A stretch of DNA of 24,000 nucleotides from assembly GCA_015488275.1 (NCBI GenBank), contig WFOD01000047.1:781-24780 (forward strand). The letters run 5' to 3'. A model generated the notes under the pieces. It saw nothing but the letters and a program-made list of their open reading frames with translations, did not search any database and was not told where the DNA came from. Below are positions 9,937 to 16,959 of this stretch, one piece after another. The position numbers were made by a program, and so were the translations under genes. Position 1 is the stretch's first letter, and every line of letters begins with the position of its first letter. The DNA is from Deltaproteobacteria bacterium. Lineage in GTDB: Bacteria > Desulfobacterota > Desulfobulbia > Desulfobulbales > S012-135.

Positions 9937-10353
9937 ATGCAGGAAGAAGAACTCAAAGCCTTTTTCACCCGCGACCGGCTGGCCGCCCTGCTGGGAATCG
10001 AACTGGAGAGCGTGGGATCCGGCAAGGCCACGGCGCGGGTAACGCTGAGCGATAAGCACCTCAACGGCGTGGACATCGCCCACGGCGGCACTCTGTTCAC
10101 CCTGGCCGATTTCGCCTTTGCCGCAGCCTCCAACTCGCATGGCACCGTGGCCGTGGGCATCAACGCCACCATTTCCTATCTCAAGCCCAGCCGGGCTGGC
10201 GAAACGCTTACCGCTGAAGCGGTCGAGATAGGCCGCAGCCACCGGCTCGCCACCTACGAGGTGCGGGTGCGCAACCAAACAGGCGATCTGGTGGCCCTGT
10301 TCCAAGGAACGGTTTACCGGAAGCAAGAGCGGCTGGCGGATATCGCCCCATAA
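9937..10353 (+). CDS. PaaI/hotdog-fold thioesterase family protein
   Basis: LNGVDIAHGGTLFTLADFAFAAA and the overall 138-aa length are typical of PaaI/4-hydroxybenzoyl-CoA-thioesterase-like proteins. Confidence 0.85.
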   Translation: MQEEELKAFFTRDRLAALLGIELESVGSGKATARVTLSDKHLNGVDIAHGGTLFTLADFAFAAASNSHGTVAVGINATISYLKPSRAGETLTAEAVEIGRSHRLATYEVRVRNQTGDLVALFQGTVYRKQERLADIAP

Positions 10354-10397
10354 CCTTGCAGGTGTCAAGTCCCGTTCAGTGAAAACTTCCTGTCACC

Positions 10398-10712
10398 TTG
10401 CCCCCGGGCACCGCCGGGCTAATGGCCCAAGATCCTCCCATAACCGGCCACTCCAGCAATCCCGACCAGGCGGATCGCGCCCTTCGGGGCGGCTGGCTGC
10501 CTTGGTTCCGGGCCGAGGAGTTCGCCGATTTTCCTGCCCTGGTCCGCGCCATGCCGCCGGCCTGCCTCGCCCACCAGGGCCGCGAGGTGTACGACGATCC
10601 CGTTCGCTACCGCGACGCGGCCGGCCAAAAACGGCGAAAGCAAATGCCTATCACCTCACCTGTCAGATCAGAGCAACGGGAATCTGGACGATTTGCTCGC
10701 CTAGGGGCCTAA
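10398..10712 (+). CDS. Hypothetical protein (orphan ORF); its 3' end carries copy 1 of the islet repeat
   Basis: Only the open frame and a protein-like middle segment (GWLPWFRAEEFADFPALVRAMPPACLAHQGREVYDDPVRY) support it. No recognised motif and no clear RBS. It could be a gene remnant or non-coding. Confidence 0.25.
   Translation: MPPGTAGLMAQDPPITGHSSNPDQADRALRGGWLPWFRAEEFADFPALVRAMPPACLAHQGREVYDDPVRYRDAAGQKRRKQMPITSPVRSEQRESGRFARLGA
10632..10656. repeat. Islet repeat, copy 1 (diverged): CGGCGAAAGCAAATGCCTATCACCT
   Basis: Shares CGGCGAAAGCAAAT-CCTA-CACCT with copy 3 (2 mismatches in the 25-nt span 10632-10656 versus 11992-12016). Confidence 0.6.
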
Positions 10713-10723
10713 TCTCGTCGCTG

Positions 10724-11059
10724 TTATTGACACGGGGCCGAAGGGCGCGTCGTGCTCGGCGATGAAGCGGCGCGGGCAGCCACCTGCTTCGGGGATGTGT
10801 GGGTAGAGAATTTTATCTCAATGGGCAGGAGGCCGAATTTGCCCTCCAGAACCAGATCCACCTCGGCGCCGTGCTTGGTTTGGAAATAAAAATATTCCCA
10901 GCGCGTCGCGCTGGTCGCCTGCCCACCCTTGATGATCTCCTTGATGACGAACGATTCGAAATTCTGACCTATCCGAGGGGAGCGGATCATCTTTTCCCGG
11001 GAGTCGATTCCGGCGAGATAGTGGAGCAGGGCCGTGAGGTTCCTTTCCAGTACGGTCAT
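10724..11059 (-). pseudogene. Remnant of a DUF4143-type AAA+ ATPase (C-terminal domain only)
   Basis: LLHYLAGI..PRIGQNFESFVIKEIIKG..WEYFYFQTKHGAEVDLVLEG..LLPIEIKFS matches the C-terminal DUF4143 region of this ATPase family. The roughly 250-aa N-terminal ATPase domain is missing (TAA 3 codons upstream of the Met). The C-terminal tail drifts into GC-rich Ala/Ser/Pro sequence. Confidence 0.6.
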
Positions 11060-11248
11060 ATTCTGATGTTACATCAGGTTTTTCCCGGTATGAAAGAACG
11101 GCGACAGGAATTTGGGGCTCTTCTCTCGCCGCCATCCCATGCGAAAGGGTGGCCAACGGCGTGTTTCCGCCCTCCGGTTCGTTCCTGGTCATGGACGGCC
11201 AGGTGCCGCTCCGCCCCCCTGGCCGGGCCGTTCCGGACCGCGGTCCTG

Positions 11249-11273
11249 GCCGGCCCGGCGAAAGCAAATTCCT
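11249..11273. repeat. Islet repeat, copy 2: GCCGGCCCGGCGAAAGCAAATTCCT
   Basis: 25/25 identical to 11985-12009, in direct orientation. Confidence 0.85.
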
Positions 11274-11298
11274 GTCAACTGTTACGAGACCGTCACAA

Positions 11299-11327
11299 TT
11301 GACAATGTGAGTCGCGCATGATAGAGT
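11299..11327 (+). promoter_or_regulatory. Candidate sigma70-type promoter of the toxin-antitoxin operon
   Basis: TTGACA (11299-11304), a 17-nt spacer, then TAGAGT (11322-11327), about 65 nt upstream of the antitoxin ATG. Followed by reiterated TAG(A)GTTGA / TAGTTGA / TAGTTCGA motifs (11322-11362) that could be operator sites. Confidence 0.35.
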
Positions 11328-11393
11328 TGAGCTAAATTATAGTTGACCTATATTTAGTTCGATTGCTGGGCGTGTCACTGAAGGAGGTTGTCC

Positions 11394-11651
11394 ATGAATA
11401 TCCTTTCCGTCTCGGAGGCGAAAATGAAGCTCAGCTCCCTGGTCGATTCTGTCAAGGCGACCGATCAGGAGGTGGTTATTACCAAGAACGGCAAGCCAGT
11501 CGCTGTCCTGGTGAGCCCTGAAGAGTTCGAGGGGTGGCGGGAGACCATATCCATACATTCCGACGCCGACCTGATGCAGGAGATCAGAAGAGGATTGAAG
11601 GCCTTAAAGAAGAACAGGAGCGATCTTTATTCACTTGAGGAACTGTTGTAA
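11394..11651 (+). CDS. Type II antitoxin, Phd/YefM family
   Basis: AAGGAGG lies 6 nt upstream of ATG 11394. MNILSVSEAKMKLSSLVDSV...VVITKNGKPVAVLVSPEEFEGWRET is a typical Phd/YefM N-terminal fold signature. The toxin gene starts 3 nt after its stop. Confidence 0.85.
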   Translation: MNILSVSEAKMKLSSLVDSVKATDQEVVITKNGKPVAVLVSPEEFEGWRETISIHSDADLMQEIRRGLKALKKNRSDLYSLEELL

Positions 11652-11653
11652 GG

Positions 11654-11941
11654 ATGGCTGGTGAATATCGATTGCGTGTGCCGGTTGAAACCGCAGCATT
11701 TTTGAGGAAACTGCATCCCAAGATCAAACGGCACATCAAGTCGGCCCTTGAGATGATTGTCAATGATCCTTTCTTGGGAAAGCCGCTCAAAGACGATCTG
11801 GAAGGTTTGCGAAGTTTGCGCGTCAAAAGGTACCGAATTGTCTACCGGGTCGCGGTTCCTTTCCGGGAAATAGAGATCGTCGCCATTGGACCCAAAAGAA
11901 ATATTTATGAGGACACATTCAGGCTTATCAGCCGTGAATGA
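11654..11941 (+). CDS. Type II toxin, RelE/ParE family
   Basis: 95 aa. KIKRHIKSALEMIVNDPFLGKPLKDDLEGLRSLRVKRYRIVYRV...IEIVAIGPKRNIY matches the RelE/ParE family pattern. Tight coupling with the upstream antitoxin. Confidence 0.85.
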   Translation: MAGEYRLRVPVETAAFLRKLHPKIKRHIKSALEMIVNDPFLGKPLKDDLEGLRSLRVKRYRIVYRVAVPFREIEIVAIGPKRNIYEDTFRLISRE

Positions 11942-11984
11942 ATCGGTGTGAAAGAGTAAAGTGTCGCGTCCCGCCTCCTTGCCC

Positions 11985-12009
11985 GCCGGCCCGGCGAAAG
12001 CAAATTCCT
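11985..12009. repeat. Islet repeat, copy 3: GCCGGCCCGGCGAAAGCAAATTCCT
   Basis: 25/25 identical to 11249-11273. Lies about 28 nt beyond the permease stop codon. Confidence 0.85.
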
Positions 12010-12036
12010 AGCACCTATCTCCTATCCCCCCCCGAC

Positions 12037-13326
12037 TCAGCCCGTGAGCAGGGCCAGGACGGCGAACCCGTCGATGCACCACAGGGCGAGCGGCACCTCG
12101 CGGCTCCGTCCCAAGGCCACCTTGAGGAGCGTCCAGGCCAGAAATCCCCAGATGATCCCCTGGGTGATGGAATAGGTCACCGGGATACAGAACATGGCGA
12201 GAAAGGCGGGGATCGCCTCGTCCAGCTCGCGCCACTCCACGGCCGCCACCGGGGCGGTCATGTACACCCCGACCAGCACCAGGGCGGGGGCAGTGGCAAT
12301 GGCCGGCACGATGGACAAAAGCGGGGAAAAAAACATAAAGGGCAAGAAGCACAGGCCGGCGACTACGGCGGTGAGGCCGGTGCGCCCGCCTTCCCGGATG
12401 CCGGTCGCCGACTCGATGTAGCTGGTGGCCGGCGACGAGCCGCTCAAGGCCGCGCCGATCGTGCCCAGGGCATCGACGATAAGGGAGCGGCGGATGTTGC
12501 GCGGATCGCCATTGGCGTCCTTCAGGTCGCCCGCCTCAGCCACGCCGACAAAGGTGGCCAGGCTGTCGAACATATCGGTAAAGGCAAAGGCAAAGATCGT
12601 CGGCCAAAGAGAAAGGGTCAGCGAGCCGGCAAGGTCGAGGCTGCCGAGCAGGCTGAAGTCGGGCGGCGCGAGCACTCCCCGCCACTGCACCGCCACCGTC
12701 TCGCCCCACAGCCGGCCAAGGGGGACGGCCATGAGCGTGGTGGCGGCGATGCCCAGCGCCAGGGCGCCAGGCACCCGCCGGACCACCAGCATGGCGGTGA
12801 GGGCAAGACCGGCCAAAAAGGTGAGGGTGGAAGGCGTAAGCTCGCCGCGGGTGATGATCGTCGCCGGGCTGGCGGCCACAAAGCCGGCATTGGCAAAACC
12901 GATCAGGCAGATGAACAGCCCGATCCCGGCGGCGATGCCGTAACGCAACTGCACGGGAATCGCTTGCACGATCCGTGTGCGCACGTTGGTCGCCGACAGC
13001 ACGAGAAAGAGCACGCCAGCCCAAAAGACCGCGCCCAGGGCCGTGGCCCAGGAAACGCCGCCGCCAAGGACCACGGTATAGGTAAAAAAGGCGTTCATTC
13101 CCATGCCCGGCGCCAGGACAATGGGATTGTTGGCGTAGAGCCCCATCGCCAGGGAGGCAAAGGCGCTCACCAGGACCGTGGCGGTCAGTACGGCGGGAAA
13201 CGCCATACCGGCCTTGGACAAAATCGCCGGATTGACCACGATGATGTACATGGTGGCGAGAAAGGAGGTGCATCCGGCCAGCACCTCGGTGGCCACCGTA
13301 GTCTGATTCGCCCGCAAGTCGAACAT
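12037..13326 (-). CDS. NCS2-family nucleobase permease (AzgA/PbuG-like; adenine/guanine/hypoxanthine type)
   Basis: Start chosen at MFDLRANQTTV (ATG 13326) with GGGGGGGGGAGG upstream. FLATMYIIVVNPAIL, NPIVLAPGMGMNAFFTY and SSPATSYIESATGIREGGRTGLTAVV are typical. The 138-codon upstream extension in the ORF track is Arg/Pro-rich and overlaps thrC. Confidence 0.9.
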   Translation of the reverse strand: MFDLRANQTTVATEVLAGCTSFLATMYIIVVNPAILSKAGMAFPAVLTATVLVSAFASLAMGLYANNPIVLAPGMGMNAFFTYTVVLGGGVSWATALGAVFWAGVLFLVLSATNVRTRIVQAIPVQLRYGIAAGIGLFICLIGFANAGFVAASPATIITRGELTPSTLTFLAGLALTAMLVVRRVPGALALGIAATTLMAVPLGRLWGETVAVQWRGVLAPPDFSLLGSLDLAGSLTLSLWPTIFAFAFTDMFDSLATFVGVAEAGDLKDANGDPRNIRRSLIVDALGTIGAALSGSSPATSYIESATGIREGGRTGLTAVVAGLCFLPFMFFSPLLSIVPAIATAPALVLVGVYMTAPVAAVEWRELDEAIPAFLAMFCIPVTYSITQGIIWGFLAWTLLKVALGRSREVPLALWCIDGFAVLALLTG

Positions 13327-13360
13327 GGCAAGACCTCCCCCCCCCGGTCGGCGGCGTGCC

Positions 13361-14737
13361 TCACTGCAGGCCGTGCCTGGCGATGTAGCGCCGCACCGCC
13401 TCGGTATCGGCCGGCAGGATCTCGCACCGGGCCGGCCGCTTTTCAATGTCGCGCAGGGCCGGCGGCCGTTCGGGCCGCCGGCCGATGGCCCGCGCCACCG
13501 CCGCCTCGAATTTGGCCGGATGGGCAGTGGCCAGACAGACGACCGGCACGCCGGGCCGGCGGCAGTGCTGGGCGGCGGCCAGCCCCACCGCGCTATGGGG
13601 ATCAAGGAGGTAGCCGTGCTCCTTGTACGTTGCCGCAATGGTGGCGATGGTCTCCTCCTCGGATACTGCGCGGGAGGCGAAATCCTGCTGCACCTGCGCG
13701 ACCACCCCAGCGTCGAACGCCAGCCGGCCAGTGGCGGCAAAATCCTCCATCATCGCCCGGGTGCGTTCCGCGTCCTCGCCGTTCAGGTAGTAGAGATACC
13801 GTTCAAAGTTGGAGGCCACCTGGATGTCCATCGACGGACTCAATGTGGCCACCACCGCGCCCTTGGAATAATCGCCGCGGGTAACGAAGCGGAACAAGAG
13901 ATCGTTGGTGTTGGTGGCAAGGATCAAGCGGCCGATGCGGCCGGGCAGGAGGCGGCGGGCCACGTAACCGGCAAAGATGTCGCCAAAGTTGCCGGTGGGC
14001 ACGGCAAAGTCCACCTCGTGGGCGTCGAGCCGCAGGACGGCGTACACGTAGTACACCACCTGGGCCACGATCCGCGCCCAGTTGATCGAGTTGATCGCCC
14101 CGAGACGGTAACGCTCCTTGAAGGGAATGTCGTTGAAGATCGCCTTGACAATGGCCTGGCCATCGTCGAACGTGCCTTGCACCGCGATATTGAACACGTT
14201 CCGGTCCAGGACCGTGGTCATTTGCAGTTCCTGGACCGGACTCACCCGTTTGTGCGGATGCAAGATGAAGATATTGATCCCTTCGCGGCCGCGCACCCCG
14301 TGGATCGCCGCGCTGCCCGTATCGCCCGAAGTGGCGCCCAGGATGTTCATAAAACCGCCGCGTGCGGCCAGGAGATGCTCGAACAGGTTGCCGAGCAGTT
14401 GCAGGGCCACGTCCTTGAAGGCCAGGGTTGGGCCGTGGAAGAGTTCGAGCACGTAAAGATCGCCCACTTCGACCAGAGGCGTGACCTCAGGATGATCAAA
14501 GGTGGCGTAGCTTTGCTCGACGAGCGCTCCCAGTGCCGGCAGATCACCGGCGAACAGGCCGATCACCTCGCGGGCGAGATCCGGATAGGCGAGTGAGCGC
14601 CAGCGGGCTACAGAGGCAGCGTCCGCCACTGGCAGCCGCTGGGGCAACAGCAGGCCGCCGTCCGTGGCCAGGCCCATCATCACCGCCTCCTGGAACTCCA
14701 CCGGCTCGATCCGTCCCCGGGTGCTGATATAGCGCAT
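13361..14737 (-). CDS. thrC: Threonine synthase
   Basis: MRYISTRG N-terminus, the PLP-lysine block FHGPTLAFKDVALQ, and GATSGDTGSAA. Size is 458 aa. Confidence 0.95.
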   Translation of the reverse strand: MRYISTRGRIEPVEFQEAVMMGLATDGGLLLPQRLPVADAASVARWRSLAYPDLAREVIGLFAGDLPALGALVEQSYATFDHPEVTPLVEVGDLYVLELFHGPTLAFKDVALQLLGNLFEHLLAARGGFMNILGATSGDTGSAAIHGVRGREGINIFILHPHKRVSPVQELQMTTVLDRNVFNIAVQGTFDDGQAIVKAIFNDIPFKERYRLGAINSINWARIVAQVVYYVYAVLRLDAHEVDFAVPTGNFGDIFAGYVARRLLPGRIGRLILATNTNDLLFRFVTRGDYSKGAVVATLSPSMDIQVASNFERYLYYLNGEDAERTRAMMEDFAATGRLAFDAGVVAQVQQDFASRAVSEEETIATIAATYKEHGYLLDPHSAVGLAAAQHCRRPGVPVVCLATAHPAKFEAAVARAIGRRPERPPALRDIEKRPARCEILPADTEAVRRYIARHGLQ

Positions 14738-14760
14738 GACGCTCCTCTCTCCTTTTTTAC

Positions 14761-14820
14761 CAGTCCGTCATCAGTCCGTCGAAAAGCCTTCCCTGGCTTT
14801 TTCGATCACGGTTGGCCAGA
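14761..14820. repeat. REP-like palindromic element, copy A (with tandem duplication of its 5' arm)
   Basis: CAGTCCGTC appears twice (14761-14769 and 14772-14780), followed by GAAAAGCC-TTCCCT-GGCTTTTTCGATCACGGTTGGCCAGA. The hairpin stem is GAAAAGCC/GGCTTTTC. Confidence 0.65.
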
Positions 14821-14892
14821 TACCCGGCCCGGTGCGCGAGGCCGCGGCTTCGGCAGACGAAGGGGTACCCTCCGCGACCAGTGACAACCGGA

Positions 14893-16449
14893 TTACGGCA
14901 GCAGGAGGTTCTCGCCCTCCATCTCGTCTGGCACCGGCAGGCCGAGCAAGTGGAGAATGGTGGGGGCAATATCCTTCAACGCGCCGCCGCTCCGCAGCTG
15001 GCGGCCGGCCAGCCCGTTCCCCACGAGGATGAACGGCACCGGATTCAAGGTATGAGCGGTGTAGGGCTCGCCGGTCTTGGGATCGGTCATGATATCGGCG
15101 TTTCCGTGGTCCGCCGTGATGCACACCACGCCGCCGCGGGCCAGAACCCCCTCGACAATCCGGCCAAGGCAACGGTCCACGGTCTCGCACGCGGCCACCG
15201 CCGCCTCCAGGATACCGGTGTGGCCCACCATGTCGCCGTTGGCAAAGTTGAGGACGATAAGGTCGTAGGCGTCTGCGGCGATCCGCTCCAAGAGGGCGTC
15301 GGTCACCGCCGGCGCGCTCATGGCCGGTTTCTGATCGTAGGTGGCCACCTCGCGGGGCGAGGGCACGAGCAGCCGCTCCTCGCCAGGGAACGGCTCTTCG
15401 CGGCCACCGTTGAAAAAGTAGGTCACATGGGCGTACTTCTCGGTCTCGGCGATCCGCAACTGGGTGAGCCCGGCCCGGCTGACCTCTTCACCCAGGATGC
15501 GGGCGAGACTGAGGGGCGGGAAGGCCACGGGCACGTCGAAATCTTTCTCGTACTCGGTAAAGGTGACAAAACGGAGGAGCTGGGGCCGGTGGCGCACCGG
15601 AAACCCGGCAAACGACGGATCGGTGAACGCCTGGGTCAGTTGCCGCGCCCGATCGGCGCGGAAGTTGTAAAAAATCACCGCATCACCGTCTCTGACCGCG
15701 CCCAGCGGACGGCCCTGCTCATCCACCATCACCGTGGGCACGACGAATTCGTCGGTCTCACCCCGCTGGTACGCCGCCTCCACGGCGGCCACCGGATCGG
15801 TGGCCGTGGGACCGCGGCCGTCCACCATCGCCTCCCAGGCCCGCTGCACCCGCTCCCACCGCTTGTCCCGATCCATAGCGTAATAGCGGCCAGAGACCAT
15901 GACAATGCGGCCCACGCCCGCAGTGACGATGATCTCCTTCAGCCGCCGCAGATAGCCGGCGCCGCTCTCCGGCGGCGTGTCGCGGCCGTCGAGAAAGGCG
16001 TGGATGCAGACCTCGCGCACGCCGCACCGGGCCGCCAGGCGGAGCAGGGCGGCCAAGTGGTCGATATGGCTGTGCACCCCGCCGTCGGACACCAGCCCCA
16101 GGAGGTGAACAGCGCCGCCGCGCTCGCGCGCTTCGGTCATGGTGGAGACCAGCACCTGGTTGTCGAAAAACGAACCATCCTCAATGGCCAGGTTGATACG
16201 GGTAAAATCCTGGTACACCACCCGGCCGGCGCCGATGTTCAGGTGCCCCACTTCAGAGTTGCCCATCTGCCCCTCGGGCAGGCCAACGGCGCCGTTATGC
16301 GCGGCGAGCAGGGTGAAGGGATAGGCGGCCCGCCACTGATCCATATTGGGAGTGGCGGCCACGTGCACGGCGTTGGCAGGCGAAGGCTCCCCCTCGCCCC
16401 AGCCGTCGAGAATGGCGAGGAGCACAGGACGTGGACGTGATTGGGACAT
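14893..16449 (-). CDS. gpmI: 2,3-bisphosphoglycerate-independent phosphoglycerate mutase
   Basis: Start at [18 protein letters not shown] (ATG 16449). Also [15 protein letters not shown] and ITADHGNAD. The 100-codon upstream extension in the track overlaps rsfS and is rejected. Confidence 0.95.
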   Translation of the reverse strand: MSQSRPRPVLLAILDGWGEGEPSPANAVHVAATPNMDQWRAAYPFTLLAAHNGAVGLPEGQMGNSEVGHLNIGAGRVVYQDFTRINLAIEDGSFFDNQVLVSTMTEARERGGAVHLLGLVSDGGVHSHIDHLAALLRLAARCGVREVCIHAFLDGRDTPPESGAGYLRRLKEIIVTAGVGRIVMVSGRYYAMDRDKRWERVQRAWEAMVDGRGPTATDPVAAVEAAYQRGETDEFVVPTVMVDEQGRPLGAVRDGDAVIFYNFRADRARQLTQAFTDPSFAGFPVRHRPQLLRFVTFTEYEKDFDVPVAFPPLSLARILGEEVSRAGLTQLRIAETEKYAHVTYFFNGGREEPFPGEERLLVPSPREVATYDQKPAMSAPAVTDALLERIAADAYDLIVLNFANGDMVGHTGILEAAVAACETVDRCLGRIVEGVLARGGVVCITADHGNADIMTDPKTGEPYTAHTLNPVPFILVGNGLAGRQLRSGGALKDIAPTILHLLGLPVPDEMEGENLLLP

Positions 16450-16459
16450 GGTGATCTCG

Positions 16460-16888
16460 TTATTCCATAGAAGTAGGACCTGCCGCCGTTTGCCCGGAGG
16501 CGGCGGCCGCAGGCCCCCCGTCGATCCCGATGCGCGGCGCATCGTGCCACAACCCCTCGAGATCGTAGAACAGGCGGGTCTCGCGGTAAAAGACATGAAC
16601 CACCAGATCTTCGTAGTCGAGCAAGATCCAGTGGCCTTCGCTCCAGCCCTCGATGGCCGACTCCTTGAGCCGTTTGCCGCCAAGCCGGTTGTCCACCGCC
16701 TCGGCGATCCCCTGGACATGCCGGGTGGAGCGGCCGCTGGCGATGACAAAGAAATCGGTGAACGAACACAGGCCGCGGACGTCCAAGGCCACGACCTCCT
16801 CGCCCTTCTTCTCCTGGATGGCGGCCACGGCCAGATCGACCAGCTCCCGGCCGGACAGTTCCCGCAACTCTTTTTTCAAAGCACGCAT
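16460..16888 (-). CDS. rsfS: Ribosome silencing factor RsfS (iojap family)
   Basis: [30 protein letters not shown] and [14 protein letters not shown] are the family signature blocks. Confidence 0.9.
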   Translation of the reverse strand: MRALKKELRELSGRELVDLAVAAIQEKKGEEVVALDVRGLCSFTDFFVIASGRSTRHVQGIAEAVDNRLGGKRLKESAIEGWSEGHWILLDYEDLVVHVFYRETRLFYDLEGLWHDAPRIGIDGGPAAAASGQTAAGPTSME

Positions 16889-16959
16889 GGCGTGTATGTA
16901 TAGTGAAATCTCACCAGGGTTGCCAGCTTTTTTTGTCCACCGCCAGCACTGGCCAGGGG

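Noticed and set aside
10799-11302. 167-aa plus-strand ORF and 149-aa minus-strand ORF (10818-11267) in the islet
   Set aside because: No motifs or RBS. They overlap the DUF4143 remnant, whose translation shows clear family similarity, or run through GC-rich repeat-flanking DNA.
10632-12009. The three direct repeats as a CRISPR array
   Set aside because: There are only three copies. Spacing is about 600-700 bp rather than about 30-40 bp. The intervening segments contain genes. No cas genes are present.
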